Shown here piece after piece: positions 46,912-56,614 of a stretch of DNA of 64,000 nt (the first letter of the stretch is position 1; every line of letters starts with the position of its first letter). The notes beneath the pieces are model-generated. The model was not told where the DNA came from, made no database searches, and saw only the letters and a list, made by a program, of their open reading frames with translations. The position numbers and the translations under genes were made by a program. Source of the DNA: an uncultured virus (IMG/VR IMGVR_UViG_3300021961_000027). Taxonomy: Duplodnaviria; Heunggongvirae; Uroviricota; Caudoviricetes. The DNA lies in the IMG/VR virus record IMGVR_UViG_3300021961_000027; one strand, 5' to 3'.

Positions 46912-47616
46912 ATGGGAAAAAGCAGAGTAACTGTGGAGTACGGAGCATCTCCACTCATATTGATAGCACCACATGGTTCAAAAGGTGATGATTTTAATAC
47001 TGATTTACTTACTGAAAGAACAGCAGACTTATTGAATTGTAATTACGTTATAAATCATGGATGGAGAAAATCAGAAAATCTTGATATAAAAAATGAAAAA
47101 GCAAATTGTAACAATTTTTATCATATGATAGATGAAGTATATGATGAATTTTGTAAGCCTATTTTAGAAATAGCTAGTACTGTTCTTAAATTTTATGATA
47201 TATGTTTTGTGGGCTGGATTCATGGTGTAAGCGATAATGTCAGAAATATCTATAAAAAGAATGATATTGACGTTATTTTCGGAGATGGCGAATCAAATGG
47301 AACAAAAACCAAAAGCTGCACAAACCATTTAAAAGAATTTATTATCCATAATTTGTGTGACAATGGTATAAAGTGTTACAGCAGCTATCCCGGCAACAAA
47401 TATAACGGCGCATCAATAAGCAATATGAATCAATTGTGGAATTTACATGTTAGAAATACAAGAGTGCAATCTTTTCAATTAGAAGTAGTAAAAGAACTTC
47501 GTGAAGATAAAACTATGACAATTCTAAGTGCTGATTATTTTGCAGAGGCACTAAAAGATATAGAAAATTATAGATCATGGAATAAACCACATAATTTATC
47601 CATGCGTTTTATTTAA
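46912..47616 (+). CDS. N-formylglutamate amidohydrolase/Zn-peptidase-like protein
   Basis: ILIAPHG...D..TD, IHG, D...G, QLE. Confidence 0.65.
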   Translation: MGKSRVTVEYGASPLILIAPHGSKGDDFNTDLLTERTADLLNCNYVINHGWRKSENLDIKNEKANCNNFYHMIDEVYDEFCKPILEIASTVLKFYDICFVGWIHGVSDNVRNIYKKNDIDVIFGDGESNGTKTKSCTNHLKEFIIHNLCDNGIKCYSSYPGNKYNGASISNMNQLWNLHVRNTRVQSFQLEVVKELREDKTMTILSADYFAEALKDIENYRSWNKPHNLSMRFI

Positions 47617-47889
47617 TAATTCAACTTGCTGATATGGATTTTGATCAGATTCTAAGTACTTTATTATATCTTTTAATTCGTTGATATGGACAGGCTTTAC
47701 AAATGAAATATCATCCGTGTCGTTGATATAGCAAATAACACTTTGTGATTTTTTATTTCTTAGACTCATAACATTATTTCCAAATCCTGCAAGACCATTT
47801 TCTGGGGTACAATGATATGATGGGGAATCTTGTATCGTAGGTGCTGTCTGACGAATACTTAAAGATTTTTTTTTAAAGTTGTTCTTCAT
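47596..47889 (-). CDS. hypothetical protein
   Basis: AAGGTGA RBS. Confidence 0.6.
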   Translation of the reverse strand: MKNNFKKKSLSIRQTAPTIQDSPSYHCTPENGLAGFGNNVMSLRNKKSQSVICYINDTDDISFVKPVHINELKDIIKYLESDQNPYQQVELLNKTHG

Positions 47890-47925
47890 GTCTCACCTTT
47901 TTTAAGGCCAATGCATAAATACTAT

Positions 47926-48294
47926 ATGCCAAGCGTATCAATAAAACAACAGCGACTTATGGGCATGGTAAAAAAATGCCAAGAATCTGGCGAATGCCCA
48001 AGTGAAAAAGTTAAAAGTATGGCAGACTCAATGAAGCCTGCAGATGTAAAAGCTTTTGCAAGCACAAAGCATGATAATCTACCTCTTCGTGCTAGCAGCA
48101 AAAAGAAAAAGCATAAAAAAAATAAGAAACACCATAAGAAAAATGAATCCTTTATGTCTTTTGAAGAGTATGTATTACTTCGTGAAGGCAAAGAAAAATG
48201 TTCATGTCCCTGTGATGGCTGCAAGAAAGATTGCAAACTTTGCAATTGCAAGAATTGCAAATGCGCCGGTTGCAAATGCAATTTAGAACTTTAA
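47926..48294 (+). CDS. DUF3008-like N-terminus plus metallothionein-like Cys-rich tail
   Basis: MPSVS.KQQRLMG, FASTKH..LP; CSCPCDGCKKDCKLCNCKNCKCAGCKC. Confidence 0.65.
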   Translation: MPSVSIKQQRLMGMVKKCQESGECPSEKVKSMADSMKPADVKAFASTKHDNLPLRASSKKKKHKKNKKHHKKNESFMSFEEYVLLREGKEKCSCPCDGCKKDCKLCNCKNCKCAGCKCNLEL

Positions 48295-49199
48295 CTGCTG
48301 AATAACAAATTTAGATTACCGTTTTGTATCTCATTTTGAAGAAATTTGATACCATTTTCACGAATTTGTCTTACACGCTCTTTTGTGAGATTCAATTCTT
48401 CAGAAATTTCTTTTAAGGTTTTCTTGCGTTGATTAAGAAGGCCAAAACAATTTATAATAACAAAATGTTCCCTACTATCTCGTTTCTTGATCTTATCTAA
48501 AATGTTTTGTATATCGAAATGGATGCTTTCATCTTTTTCTTTTTTACTACAGTTCTCAAAATCTTTTTCATCCATTTTTTCCGCAAAAGTAGAACCATCT
48601 ATGTTTGTTGCAACAGAATCATAGAATTTTTTGTTATGCATATGGTCTCTTAATGAGTTATTCATAAGAACCCATGTGCAGTATGTGGAAAATTTGAATC
48701 CCCTTGTATAATCAAAACAGTCAACAGCTTTGATAATGTTCAAGAAACAATCGCTTATTAGATCGTTTAAATTGTCACCATAAAAATCTTTCCTTTTCTT
48801 CAAAAGTTGAGCCGCTAATCTTGTATTACATGTAACTAAAAAATTTCTTACACCAAGATATTTATTGTAAAATTCAACTGACAAATTTGCATATGTTGAT
48901 ATGGAATGCTGCTGATATATTTCAAAATTTAATTTTGTTTTATATTTGTAGTAATTCATCTTTCTAAAAATATGAAATTCTTGTTTTTTAGAAAGAAGCG
49001 GTTCGGAATAGAACTGCCTGAGTTCAGGATTAACTTTATTAATGTCCTTTTGAATTTGCAACTTCTTTTTATTGTAATCCTGTTGATCAGGAAGTTCAGA
49101 TTCAATTTCGCTAATATAGTTTTGATCGTCAAAGTCACCAACAGTCCAATATTTAAAGCTGTTTTTGTTTATCTCAAATTCGATTTTCTCTATAGACAT
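48291..49199 (-). CDS. RNA polymerase sigma-70 family factor
   Basis: PLLS..QE..IFRKMNY, NTRL, FDYTRGFKFSTYCTW, TLKEISEELNLTKERVRQI. Confidence 0.9.
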   Translation of the reverse strand: MSIEKIEFEINKNSFKYWTVGDFDDQNYISEIESELPDQQDYNKKKLQIQKDINKVNPELRQFYSEPLLSKKQEFHIFRKMNYYKYKTKLNFEIYQQHSISTYANLSVEFYNKYLGVRNFLVTCNTRLAAQLLKKRKDFYGDNLNDLISDCFLNIIKAVDCFDYTRGFKFSTYCTWVLMNNSLRDHMHNKKFYDSVATNIDGSTFAEKMDEKDFENCSKKEKDESIHFDIQNILDKIKKRDSREHFVIINCFGLLNQRKKTLKEISEELNLTKERVRQIRENGIKFLQNEIQNGNLNLLFSS

Positions 49200-49584
49200 C
49201 TGAAATCACCTTGTCCCATGATTTGATTTTTGTCATGCGAGATGTATCGCCTAAATAAATATAACCTAATGAGTATTCAGCGTCCATTTCTTTTTTATTA
49301 TCATACAAACTATTCTTATCTAAAGAGATCACTTCAAGACTGTATAGTCCTGATCCAGTGCATTCATATTGATTTAGTTTTCTTAGAGTTTCATAGTTAA
49401 CTTCGTAGATTTCACCGGGTATTTTATATCCATCAGACACTACATGCACCATACATGGATAACTAATTCTACAAAATAATTGATAATATGGCTCTGTAAG
49501 AATTTGCCCTAAATATTCTGATTCCATGAGCATTTCATGTGCTCTGAATCCTTTTTTTAATGTTCCATAAACAAAAATTATCAT
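49174..49584 (-). CDS. gamma-glutamylcyclotransferase (AIG2/YtfP-like)
   Basis: IFVYGTLKKG..AH, YP, GEIYEV, L...E. Confidence 0.85.
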   Translation of the reverse strand: MIIFVYGTLKKGFRAHEMLMESEYLGQILTEPYYQLFCRISYPCMVHVVSDGYKIPGEIYEVNYETLRKLNQYECTGSGLYSLEVISLDKNSLYDNKKEMDAEYSLGYIYLGDTSRMTKIKSWDKVISDVYRENRI

Positions 49585-50813
49585 ATAGCTTCCTTAACAT
49601 ACTCCCCATCTATGACTACTTTTTGATTTTTATATTTGTCTATATTAAAATTATACTCAAACAAAATATTTTCTAATATTTGTTTAATTCCTCTTGCCCC
49701 TGTATCAAGCTTCAATGCATGTTCTGCAATTGCAGATATGGCATCTGGCAAAAATTCTAGTTCGACATTATCATACTTAAATATTTTTTTATATTGATTG
49801 ACAATAGAATTTTGTGGTTCAGTAATTATTCTCTCTAAATCTTCTAACTTCAATTTATTAAGTTTTTGTATTAATGGAAATCTTCCAATAAACTCAGGTA
49901 TCAAACCAAATTCAATAAGATCCTCTGGCAAGGGGGAATCATCAAATTCAACTTCATCACTGGCAGAACGAAATCCCATCTTTTTGCCATTTCTTTTTTC
50001 AATAATATCCTCCAAACCTACAAAAGTACCACCGACAATAAAAAGAATGTCTTTGGTATCGATATGAACCATCTTCTGTTCTGGATGTTTTCTACCGCCT
50101 TGTGGAGGAACATTACATAAGGTTCCTTCAATTATTTTCAACAGAGATTGCTGTACTCCTTCCCCGCCGACATCCCGAGATATTGATACGTTCTGTCTTG
50201 TTCTTGCTATTTTATCGATTTCATCTATGTAAATAATTCCTTTTTCTGCTGCTAGCTGATTATAATCACAACTACGCAGCAGGGAAGCTATGAGGCTTTC
50301 TACATCATCGCCTACATATCCTGCTTCAGTCAAAGATGTGGCATCACCAATAGCTAGTGGCAAATCTAAAAATTCAGCCAATTTTTTTATCAACAAAGTT
50401 TTTCCTGATCCAGTAGGACCAATCAACAAAACATTACTTTTTTCAATAGAAACATTTTCAAACTTTTTGTCACATGGAATAAATTCACTATTAATTCTTT
50501 TGAAGTGATTCGATACAGCTATTGATAATGCTTTTTTAGCTTCTTCTTGGCCCACTACATGAAGATCCAAAAACTGCTTTATATCTCTTGGGGCATAGGA
50601 GCTTTTTAATTTATTTTTATGAAAATCACTACTTTTTTTCTTGGGAGTGTGATATGCAAATATGAAAGTACATGTTCTATGACAAGTTGAACAAATAAAA
50701 GAATGAGGCACAGTTATATTTGATTCAATAAGATGCCCAATCTCTGCTGGGCTCTTTCCACAAAAGCTACAAAGTTTTTTTGCCTTGGTCGGTTTTTTAT
50801 TTTGGCTTTTCAT
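49581..50813 (-). CDS. clpX: ATP-dependent Clp protease ATP-binding subunit
   Basis: CSFCGK Zn finger, [44 protein letters not shown]. Confidence 0.93.
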   Translation of the reverse strand: MKSQNKKPTKAKKLCSFCGKSPAEIGHLIESNITVPHSFICSTCHRTCTFIFAYHTPKKKSSDFHKNKLKSSYAPRDIKQFLDLHVVGQEEAKKALSIAVSNHFKRINSEFIPCDKKFENVSIEKSNVLLIGPTGSGKTLLIKKLAEFLDLPLAIGDATSLTEAGYVGDDVESLIASLLRSCDYNQLAAEKGIIYIDEIDKIARTRQNVSISRDVGGEGVQQSLLKIIEGTLCNVPPQGGRKHPEQKMVHIDTKDILFIVGGTFVGLEDIIEKRNGKKMGFRSASDEVEFDDSPLPEDLIEFGLIPEFIGRFPLIQKLNKLKLEDLERIITEPQNSIVNQYKKIFKYDNVELEFLPDAISAIAEHALKLDTGARGIKQILENILFEYNFNIDKYKNQKVVIDGEYVKEAI

Positions 50814-50851
50814 AAGCCAAATAATAAAACTTTATAGTCTAGAAAACAAGA

Positions 50852-51247
50852 CTAATTGGCAATCTTATATTTATTGTCAATCTCACAGCGAATTATTTTT
50901 TTGTGCTTTTTGAGCACGCTCAAACGGGAACGAATTATATTAATAAAATCAGATGGGCTTGATGTGGATACATACCCTTCTTTTGCTATGCTGGCTGTGA
51001 TTTCATGAACACTTGAGCCATTTGCAGAGGCAGAAATAGTCTCAAGAATTATTGTATCAAGACTTTTTTTATTGCAGCTACCCTTGGGCCTTCCTATTTT
51101 GCTTTCTCCAATAATTACACGGGCATCTGCTATAGAATCACAATGTTGAAGGATATCTGTTTCTATAATCTTAAGATCAGCCAACAGGGCATCCCTCTTT
51201 TTCATCAAAATTGCAATATTTTGTTGCATTTCAGGGGTCATACTCAT
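50852..51247 (-). CDS. coiled coil, AT-hook-like and winged-HTH protein
   Basis: GRPKGS; SVHEIT..I..EGY...IRSRLSVL. Confidence 0.6.
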   Translation of the reverse strand: MSMTPEMQQNIAILMKKRDALLADLKIIETDILQHCDSIADARVIIGESKIGRPKGSCNKKSLDTIILETISASANGSSVHEITASIAKEGYVSTSSPSDFINIIRSRLSVLKKHKKIIRCEIDNKYKIAN

Positions 51248-51395
51248 GGGCAAAATTCCTCAGTCTTGTGTTAAGGCGTATATTACGACAAAACTTAGAA
51301 AAAAACAAAGGGCTGCGTAATTTTTCATGAATTTGATTTAGGCAAAAATTAGGAGTATAATAAAATTGAATTCAAACATCCCAAAGGAGTGTAAA

Positions 51396-51599
51396 ATGTT
51401 AGTATTGACAAGAAAAGAAGATGAAAGCATCACCATCGCCTGTCCTGACGGAAATTTCCTCAAAATCACTATTTGCAGGATTGATGACAACTATAAGGTA
51501 AGAATTGGAATTGAAGCTGATAAAGCATATAAAATTACTCGCACAGAACTCATCAAGAAATCAAACAAAAAAGAAGAAGAATTTTTTAAGCAGTACTAA
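51396..51599 (+). CDS. csrA: carbon storage regulator CsrA-like
   Basis: MLVLTRK.DESITI, VRIGIEA, I.R.EL; AAGGAG RBS. Confidence 0.8.
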   Translation: MLVLTRKEDESITIACPDGNFLKITICRIDDNYKVRIGIEADKAYKITRTELIKKSNKKEEEFFKQY

Positions 51600-51873
51600 G
51601 AAATTCTTTTCTTAGTTTCTTTATAAATTCGTCCATGCTGTATCCTTCTTCATGACAAAGTGAAAGGAACTCAAAATCTTCATTGCTTATTCTAAGCAAA
51701 AATTTCATTTGATTTAGATTTGTATAAAGTTTGTTTTTAAGAACTCGATATGCTGATAAAAGTTCATTTTCTTTAGTTGAAAGAATTGTGCGTTCACATT
51801 TATCACAAAAAGATACGCCATTTACAAGTGCTTTGTTAAGTTCTTTTGAACAATATGGGCAATAGCAAATCAT
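51586..51873 (-). CDS. zinc-ribbon protein
   Basis: CPYC...CDKC. Confidence 0.65.
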   Translation of the reverse strand: MICYCPYCSKELNKALVNGVSFCDKCERTILSTKENELLSAYRVLKNKLYTNLNQMKFLLRISNEDFEFLSLCHEEGYSMDEFIKKLRKEFLSTA

Positions 51874-51882
51874 TTCAAATAT

Positions 51883-51920
51883 ATAGGGTAGCTTATACAA
51901 TATTGTATAAGCTACCCTAT
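51883..51920. repeat. perfect 38-bp palindrome
   Basis: ATAGGGTAGCTTATACAAT|ATTGTATAAGCTACCCTAT. Confidence 0.9.
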
Positions 51921-51926
51921 TGTTTT

Positions 51927-53192
51927 TTATTCAGCCAGCCTAAACTTCATTCTGGCTTCTGTTGACCAATAAGATAAAAATTCTTCACAACTTTGGTCGT
52001 TGATAAGTGAAGTTACCAGATCTCTTGTCAAATCTACCACAAAACTATCAACTTCCAATTCCCCTAATTTGTCTTCTTCTACTTTTGCCAATACTTGCAA
52101 CCAATTTTCAACAAGTAATTGTTTAAAATCCTTGTCATTTTCTGATACATCGCTTCCCTTTTTGTTTGATGCATCTTTCTTATTCTTTTTAGTCTTGCCA
52201 TTTCTAGGCCCGACATTTCCATTTACAGAGCCAAGAGTAGCTGCCGTAATTACTGGAGATATATTCTGTTGTTTTGTTTTAATTTCCTTTTCTTCAGCTA
52301 AAAAACTTTCCAATATATCATCGGCAGATTTTTTGCCATCATGATCGCCAAAAGTTTCACAAATTGTACTTTTGGCTTTAGCAGTATCTTGTTTCTTAAG
52401 ATTGTTTTTTAATTGCTTTTCGAGCTTGCCCTTTTTGTGCAAAGCCTCCTTTTCTGCTTCCTGTGTTGCTTGCTTATATTCTTGAATTCTGTCTTCAGAG
52501 CTTTCGATATCTGCAAGTATCTTTGCAGCACCGATGCTCATCTTGCCACTATAGACAGCATCCAGAATTTCTGAATTGACTGGACACTCATCGCTTAGTT
52601 TTGCAAGTAATGTCTTAACTCCTTCCAACCATGCAGCACTATTGCCTGTCATTTGAATAATTTTATCATCAGGAATATTCTTGTTTAAACAATAATCAAC
52701 AAATTTGTACTCAACGCCTTGACCAAATTTTACTTTGGTTTTATCTTCCTCAAAAGCTAATATGTATGCTTCAATCTCATTTGCTTGATTGAAAATTTTG
52801 ACAAGTACATTTTTGTACAAGTCTTTTGCGTCTACAAATATGCATCGATGATTATCGAAGCATTTGGCGTTGTTTTGAATCAAAGATTTAATAGCCAAGT
52901 ATCTTCTGTGGCCATTTATTAATGTTAAATTGCCATTTGTATATCTGGCTATGAGAGGAGTCAACAATCCTTTCTGACAAATTGAAGTAGTCAAAAAAGC
53001 CATGCTCTCTTCATCCATGCCATTTGGGTTTGCATGAATACTTTCGAACATAGTTCTTGGATTAGAAAAATCAAAGTCTTCTGAATCATCCGTTACAAAA
53101 GTCTGCTCCGATATATTATCGAAAGGCACCTCAAAAAGATTTTCACTTACTTGCCTAGCCCCTAATTCTTTCACAAGTTGTGCAAATTCCAT
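51927..53192 (-). CDS. ParB/Srx N-terminal domain protein
   Basis: NPR, L..SI...GLLTPL, LINGHRRYLA. Confidence 0.8.
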   Translation of the reverse strand: MEFAQLVKELGARQVSENLFEVPFDNISEQTFVTDDSEDFDFSNPRTMFESIHANPNGMDEESMAFLTTSICQKGLLTPLIARYTNGNLTLINGHRRYLAIKSLIQNNAKCFDNHRCIFVDAKDLYKNVLVKIFNQANEIEAYILAFEEDKTKVKFGQGVEYKFVDYCLNKNIPDDKIIQMTGNSAAWLEGVKTLLAKLSDECPVNSEILDAVYSGKMSIGAAKILADIESSEDRIQEYKQATQEAEKEALHKKGKLEKQLKNNLKKQDTAKAKSTICETFGDHDGKKSADDILESFLAEEKEIKTKQQNISPVITAATLGSVNGNVGPRNGKTKKNKKDASNKKGSDVSENDKDFKQLLVENWLQVLAKVEEDKLGELEVDSFVVDLTRDLVTSLINDQSCEEFLSYWSTEARMKFRLAE

Positions 53193-53229
53193 CTTGGGCT
53201 CCTGAAAGAGGTGTAATGGTACGGGGCAG

Positions 53230-53256
53230 ATTATAGACGGCCCGATGAAAAAACAA
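53230..53256 (-). promoter_or_regulatory. promoter TTGTTT-N15-TATAAT
   Basis: Upstream of the ParB-like gene. Confidence 0.55.
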
Positions 53257-53276
53257 CCGGAAAAATTTTTTCAAAA

Positions 53277-54056
53277 CTAAATTTTGTTTTTGTCTTCTTT
53301 GAATCTCTTCAAATTTTCTGAAACAACTTGTTTTACTACTGGATTTTTATTCAATAGCTTAAGAATTGTAACGCCACCCTCATGTTCAACATAACTTCTA
53401 TGGGAAACAGCTTCTTTCATATCAAGTTTTGATATCTTGGCTGCAAATAAATCGCATTCAAACCAGCAGTATGGATATTCTGGCAGTCCTTTGACCATAT
53501 CAAAAGCTTTCTTATAAAAAAGCTTGCAAATAAATGGCAAACTTGTATCCTTAACAATCGTGGGAGCAGAATCGATTGCTTTACTCGCCTTTAGTATATC
53601 TAATTTCTTGCTCATCGGATTATTTGTCGTACTGGAGATTGCTACAACTTTGTCTTTCTTAAGTGAAAAAATATCCTTGACGAGATTCATCAAAAAATTT
53701 GGTTCATTTATTTTTACATCATTATGAATTACACAACACAACTCAGAAGTGCTTAACTTCACGCCATAATTTACAACAGCTCCAAATCCACAAGTTTTGT
53801 TCATAGTTTCTATTCGAATTCTTTTTGTGTCTTTAAATACCTGTTTTAATGTTCCGCTATCCTTACCGTCAAACACAACAATAATATTGTAATCAATATT
53901 TCTGACAAGACTAAAAATACTTCGTACTAAAGATATGACTCGGCCATATTCACCTAAAGATGGAATAATTATGTCAACCTTTGGATATATTTTATTTGTA
54001 ACATCCGCCATAAATACTTTTTTTTCTGCGTTTATATCTAAATTAACTTCTTGCAT
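53277..54056 (-). CDS. GT2-like glycosyltransferase
   Basis: VDIIIP, IIVVFDG, GFGAVVNYG, HND. Confidence 0.75.
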   Translation of the reverse strand: MQEVNLDINAEKKVFMADVTNKIYPKVDIIIPSLGEYGRVISLVRSIFSLVRNIDYNIIVVFDGKDSGTLKQVFKDTKRIRIETMNKTCGFGAVVNYGVKLSTSELCCVIHNDVKINEPNFLMNLVKDIFSLKKDKVVAISSTTNNPMSKKLDILKASKAIDSAPTIVKDTSLPFICKLFYKKAFDMVKGLPEYPYCWFECDLFAAKISKLDMKEAVSHRSYVEHEGGVTILKLLNKNPVVKQVVSENLKRFKEDKNKI

Positions 54057-54459
54057 ATTGTATTAATCTTTCATGATAATTTGCATCTGTTAAATCACAC
54101 AAATAAAAACCACTTTTTTCTAAAAATGCTCTATATTTTTCATCAATATCAAAAAAGAAAAAGATTTTTTTATAATAGTTTATTACACTTTTATTGCTTA
54201 CATAAAATTTCTTGATCTCTGAGAGTTCGTTGTTATATTGCTTATCTGAGATATAGTATGGCAAAGAGACAAGGTCAAACTCATAAAATTTATTCTTATT
54301 GTATAAAACAAATTTTGGCTCAGGCTTCAATTCAACAAAACATTTATAGAAAGCATGTACCAAATTTTTTGGTAGTCTATTTAGGGTGAAACCGGAAATA
54401 AAAAATATCGCTGGTTCACATTCCTCTATAAAAATTTTATCTATACTAAAGTCTGTCAT
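54043..54459 (-). CDS. hypothetical protein
   Basis: ORF within an overlapping operon. Confidence 0.55.
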   Translation of the reverse strand: MTDFSIDKIFIEECEPAIFFISGFTLNRLPKNLVHAFYKCFVELKPEPKFVLYNKNKFYEFDLVSLPYYISDKQYNNELSEIKKFYVSNKSVINYYKKIFFFFDIDEKYRAFLEKSGFYLCDLTDANYHERLIQYARS

Positions 54460-54655
54460 TTTCTTTCAAAAATTTAATGAAATTCTCTGATTCCTTATCA
54501 TTCAACGTAATTCTATCCCCACTAGAGGATCTTACTAAATATATAATCATTTTTCTTGCTGGATTTATATCATCTTTTATGAATTCAAAATGAGAAATTT
54601 GGTCTACGTTAACATATAATTTTTCATTTAGTTGACAAAACAAACTATTGCTCAT
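54446..54655 (-). CDS. hypothetical protein
   Basis: YVNVDQISHF; GGAG RBS. Confidence 0.6.
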   Translation of the reverse strand: MSNSLFCQLNEKLYVNVDQISHFEFIKDDINPARKMIIYLVRSSSGDRITLNDKESENFIKFLKENDRL

Positions 54656-55274
54656 TCTGATTCTCCAGCTCTATATTCCAATATACATTATCCAACCACT
54701 GTTTCCACGACTTGTGATAAAGATGAAACTTTAGGTCGGATACTTTTGGTTTGATAGGTGTTTTCAACAAATTCATACCAGAGGGAAACTTTTTATTTTT
54801 AATTTCTTTTAAAAGTCTTCCTCCCTTAATAGAGTTACACTCTATGCAACTCAAAACACAATTTTGCCAAGTAGTTTGCCCACCTTGACAACGAGGAATT
54901 ACATGATCAATTGTTAATTCTTCACTTCCGGGTTTTATGCCACAATATTGACATTTATATTCATCTCTTTTGAAAATGTTTGCTCTGGAAAATATAACAA
55001 ATTTACTTGGATGTCTATCATACTTGGCTAATTTAATAACTTCAGGAATTTTATATTGCTTATTTACGGTGCTAAGAGCTTGATGCTCATTTTCAGGCTT
55101 GAATTGTGACCATTCATCCCAAGTATATGGAGTACACATATCGTCTATAACATGTGCTTTTGCTTGTGGCCCTGAAAGAAGTAAATTTATGACTTTATAA
55201 ACTGGGCTTGTGCCAATTACTGACCAGTTCTTGTTGAGAACTAGCACTGGTTGTGTTAATTTAGCTATCATCAT
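54645..55274 (-). CDS. HNH endonuclease (McrA-like)
   Basis: VLVLN, FSRANIFKRD..CQYCG, TIDHVIPR..GG..TW.N....C..CN..K. Confidence 0.9.
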   Translation of the reverse strand: MMIAKLTQPVLVLNKNWSVIGTSPVYKVINLLLSGPQAKAHVIDDMCTPYTWDEWSQFKPENEHQALSTVNKQYKIPEVIKLAKYDRHPSKFVIFSRANIFKRDEYKCQYCGIKPGSEELTIDHVIPRCQGGQTTWQNCVLSCIECNSIKGGRLLKEIKNKKFPSGMNLLKTPIKPKVSDLKFHLYHKSWKQWLDNVYWNIELENQNEQ

Positions 55275-55295
55275 ATTATTTATGATCTCAAAAAC

Positions 55296-55901
55296 TTAAT
55301 CTTTTTTGGTCCATAAAATTTCTTTGAACCTTTCAACACGATTCAAAGATCTTGATATGCTAAACAATGAATCTGACAATCTATTAAGATAAGTTGTTAT
55401 GGCCAATAAGGTTTCCACGCTTTTTTCTTTATCAGACATATCATAAAAATTTCTCTCAGCACGACGGCAGACACTTCTGCAAATGTGTGCAAAAGTAGAT
55501 GCTGTTGTACCGACAGGTAGTACAAAATTTTGCAAATTGCCGTTTTTTGATTCTTCTTCGTCTATAAAATTTTCAATAGACTTAGTAATTTCACTTAAGC
55601 TATCAACTGATAAATCAGTGTTATAGCCAATAAATGCTCCAATATTAAAAATCATCTCAATTTGAGTTTGAATAAAAAATTCTATTTTTTGCAAACACTC
55701 AATGACACTATCAATTTTGCTTGTTTTCTTTTCAATTTTATGTTTTGCAGAAGCAACCAATGAATCTAGATGTCCCAAATTTGCATTTAATTCATCAAGA
55801 TCGCCTAAAATATGCACCAATAGATGATTCTTCGGAGTTTTGGGGTTTTGTTTCGTATAGGTGTATCCATTGTCACCGTATTTTGTATAAATTTTTGCCA
55901 T
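55296..55901 (-). CDS. PduO-type ATP:cob(I)alamin adenosyltransferase
   Basis: KIYTKYGD.G.T, GDLDELNA.LG, FVLP, HICRSVCRRAER, YLNRLSD.LF. Confidence 0.88.
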   Translation of the reverse strand: MAKIYTKYGDNGYTYTKQNPKTPKNHLLVHILGDLDELNANLGHLDSLVASAKHKIEKKTSKIDSVIECLQKIEFFIQTQIEMIFNIGAFIGYNTDLSVDSLSEITKSIENFIDEEESKNGNLQNFVLPVGTTASTFAHICRSVCRRAERNFYDMSDKEKSVETLLAITTYLNRLSDSLFSISRSLNRVERFKEILWTKKD

Positions 55902-55908
55902 AATCCCC

Positions 55909-56382
55909 TCACTCATCTATTGGCCATGATGATTTACGCAAATAAAACGCAGTAAACGGAATAACATAACTATATCCATCACTAAAAATTACATGATGTT
56001 CGTAAAAAGTTTTTTTCCAATGAAACTCATCATAAAGCCATAAACATGGCAATTTATCTGAAAATCCATCTCCATATACCAACTCAAAAATTGGCGTACC
56101 ATAGAATTCATATCCTATGTAAAGAATCTCTTGATCGTCTGGATTTCCAACTACAAACATATGCTCATCAGTAAGAGGACTTACAGATTTGCAAAATACA
56201 TTTCTATTTGTTAAATCATAATTTTGAATAAATTTAACAACATTTTTTGGCAAATCATCTTTTATACGATCATAATGTTTTTCCAATTTTTCAATTCTGG
56301 AATTCCAGAGTTCCTCTACACTTTCAGGTACACTGTCACTTCTGTTTATTTGATTTATTATATCTGGAGTTATAAAATGCAC
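55909..56382 (-). CDS. hypothetical protein
   Basis: WLYDEF...HHVIFSDG. Confidence 0.65.
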   Translation of the reverse strand: MHFITPDIINQINRSDSVPESVEELWNSRIEKLEKHYDRIKDDLPKNVVKFIQNYDLTNRNVFCKSVSPLTDEHMFVVGNPDDQEILYIGYEFYGTPIFELVYGDGFSDKLPCLWLYDEFHWKKTFYEHHVIFSDGYSYVIPFTAFYLRKSSWPIDE

Positions 56383-56614
56383 GGGGTTTTCCTCCTGTAT
56401 TGTGTCTACGGTTCATTCTCATAAATCGAGAACCACATTTATCACACAAACATTTTATGCCAAATGGATTATCACGAGTAACAGCGTGTGACCCAAGATG
56501 TTCAGCATGAATCAATCCTCCGCAAGTACATCGTACTGGATACCCATGACAGCATTCGGCGCAATGATTATCTCCACAACTATGCTTTCCATTTTCAATT
56601 TGAAGAATACTCAT
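56336..56614 (-). CDS. Cys/His-rich zinc-binding protein
   Basis: CAEC, CTCGGLIH, CDKCG. Confidence 0.65.
   Translation of the reverse strand: MSILQIENGKHSCGDNHCAECCHGYPVRCTCGGLIHAEHLGSHAVTRDNPFGIKCLCDKCGSRFMRMNRRHNTGGKPRAFYNSRYNKSNKQK

Noticed and set aside
46797..46988. Phe/Ile-rich ORF in a very AT-rich spacer
   Set aside because: Low-complexity intergenic DNA between divergent genes with no RBS; an origin role cannot be supported either
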